Source: Amphiscolops sp. MND2022 (lineage: Eukaryota). Taken from it: a stretch of DNA of 64,000 nt. Positions 62,645 to 64,000 of the stretch are shown in pieces. The notes beneath the pieces are model-generated. The model ran no database searches. It had not been told where the DNA came from and saw nothing but the letters and a program-made list of their open reading frames with translations. Position numbers and translations under genes: made by a program. Where the stretch lies: the NCBI GenBank assembly GCA_964187785.1, contig OZ076409.1:23686001-23750000 (forward strand), written 5' to 3'. How positions within the stretch are numbered: position 1 is the stretch's first letter; each line of letters begins with the position of its first letter.

Positions 62645-63820
62645 CAGGGCTTTGCAATAAATAATTGCAATAATTATTGGTCCCAAAACTTCTGAAAACC
62701 AATTAATTGATTATTGGACCCTTGACCAATAAATTATTGCAATAAGTGCAATAATTGGGCACTTTAAAAAACAGCTGTTTCAGAGTGATTAAATTACAAA
62801 AATCATCGAAAAGACGCATTATAAAACAGCTCACTCAGCGGCATGCACACTCAAATGAATATCTCACTCAGAGGCACTCACAATTTGATTTACTAAATTC
62901 AAATCCCAGTGCTTTTTGTTAAATCGAAGGAACAGTTGCTCTTCTAAATTCATCGGCAAAGTTGATTTTCGGTAGTCATTCGAAGCGAAACCAGCTGCGC
63001 TAAAAAACCGTTCCAAATGATTAGATGTCGGCAAAATGAATGAGCAGGGAATGTATTTCATCTGTTTGGTATCTTTCTTCTTTTTCGCCAAAACGGCTGA
63101 GTGTCATCTCCAAAAATACATATTGCTGAGCAGCACTTTGTGAAGTCTCATCTATGAGCGGCGAAAAAGCTAACAACGGAACTTCAACATTTTGATCCAT
63201 GTCGCAGAACGATGCCATTACGCCCAAGTAGTGGGTGCTACCAGATGTCCATCCATCAACTATCAAAGCAATTTTTTCTGGCATTGCTTTGATGATTTCT
63301 TGTTCCACTTTCTTGGTGAGGAGATGCATATACTTTTGCAAAGTATTCTTTGAAATTGCTTCAAGCTTGACATTTTTCTTCACATACTCGCTTTCCACAA
63401 AGCTAAAAGGTCGAAGCTCCATGCATATCCATTCGATCCAATCATGGATGGTTTGAGACTTCTTACATTGCATAAAGTCCAAAGTATTTTGGGGACCGGA
63501 TGGAGTTGTTTCGTGTTGTGTTCGAATATGCACCATCAAATTAGACCAACCGGTACCTTTTTTTTTGCTTCAAAATTTTGCCACATTCGCATTTGAAAAT
63601 GTCATTTTCCATTGGTGTGAAATACTTCTTGCATATGGTTTTAAAATCTCTGTTCGAACTCATTTCAAACCTGAAAAGAGCTTTCAATTTGAAAACCAAT
63701 GAAACCAATAATTGGCAAAACGATTTCCAATTAATTGGTTATTGGAAAAGTGCCCAATCAATAATATTGGCAATTATTATTGCAATTATTGGAAGACCAA
63801 TTAATTATTGCAAACCCCTG
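62645..63820 (-). mobile_element. Internally deleted hAT element, 1176 bp
   Basis: 23-bp TIRs (21/23), perfect 8-bp TSD ATGATGAC; CECG..SNLMVHIRTQH, LRPFSFVE, IVDGWT, C-terminal PTSNHLERFFSAAG. Confidence 0.93.
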
Positions 63821-64000
63821 ATGATGACCTACACGGCACTAGATTATTGACGACGATATATGTCATCGGAAAGAGAAAAAAATCTAATTAATTGAAATGG
63901 ATAGGACTAAATTAGTTGAATTTATGTGCTACATAGCGTTGAACTAGTTACGATATTGTAATCAGCTATGCTCACATACCTCTAGTACACTAAATGCTGG

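Overview
AT-rich, repeat-dense eukaryotic (animal-like) DNA, not prokaryotic; most short ORFs in the track are spurious or decayed transposon fragments. One host gene spans 35 kb on the minus strand. By matching splice phases I reconstructed seven exons (44437-44156, 44027-43861, 41000-40944, 31714-31547, 24522-24087, 23441-23094, 9818-9441) giving an uninterrupted 611-aa protein: a class-A (rhodopsin-like) 7TM receptor continuing through an eighth hydrophobic helix into a C-type-lectin-like domain. The model needs two GC-AG introns; the exon 5-6 join is the least certain step. The rest is mobile DNA: Ty3/gypsy-like elements with 2-3 kb LTRs that themselves encode the Gag N-terminus (one solo LTR has a perfect 5-bp TSD), decayed BEL/Pao elements, a tandemly duplicated Ty1/copia, hAT and Tc1 remnants, a CRE-like non-LTR fragment, many MITE/foldback elements, a Helentron/HINE-like family with a tRNA-like module, and a perfect 194-bp palindrome. 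The style suggests an invertebrate such as an acoel, but that is only a guess. All protein assignments are by eye, without database searches.
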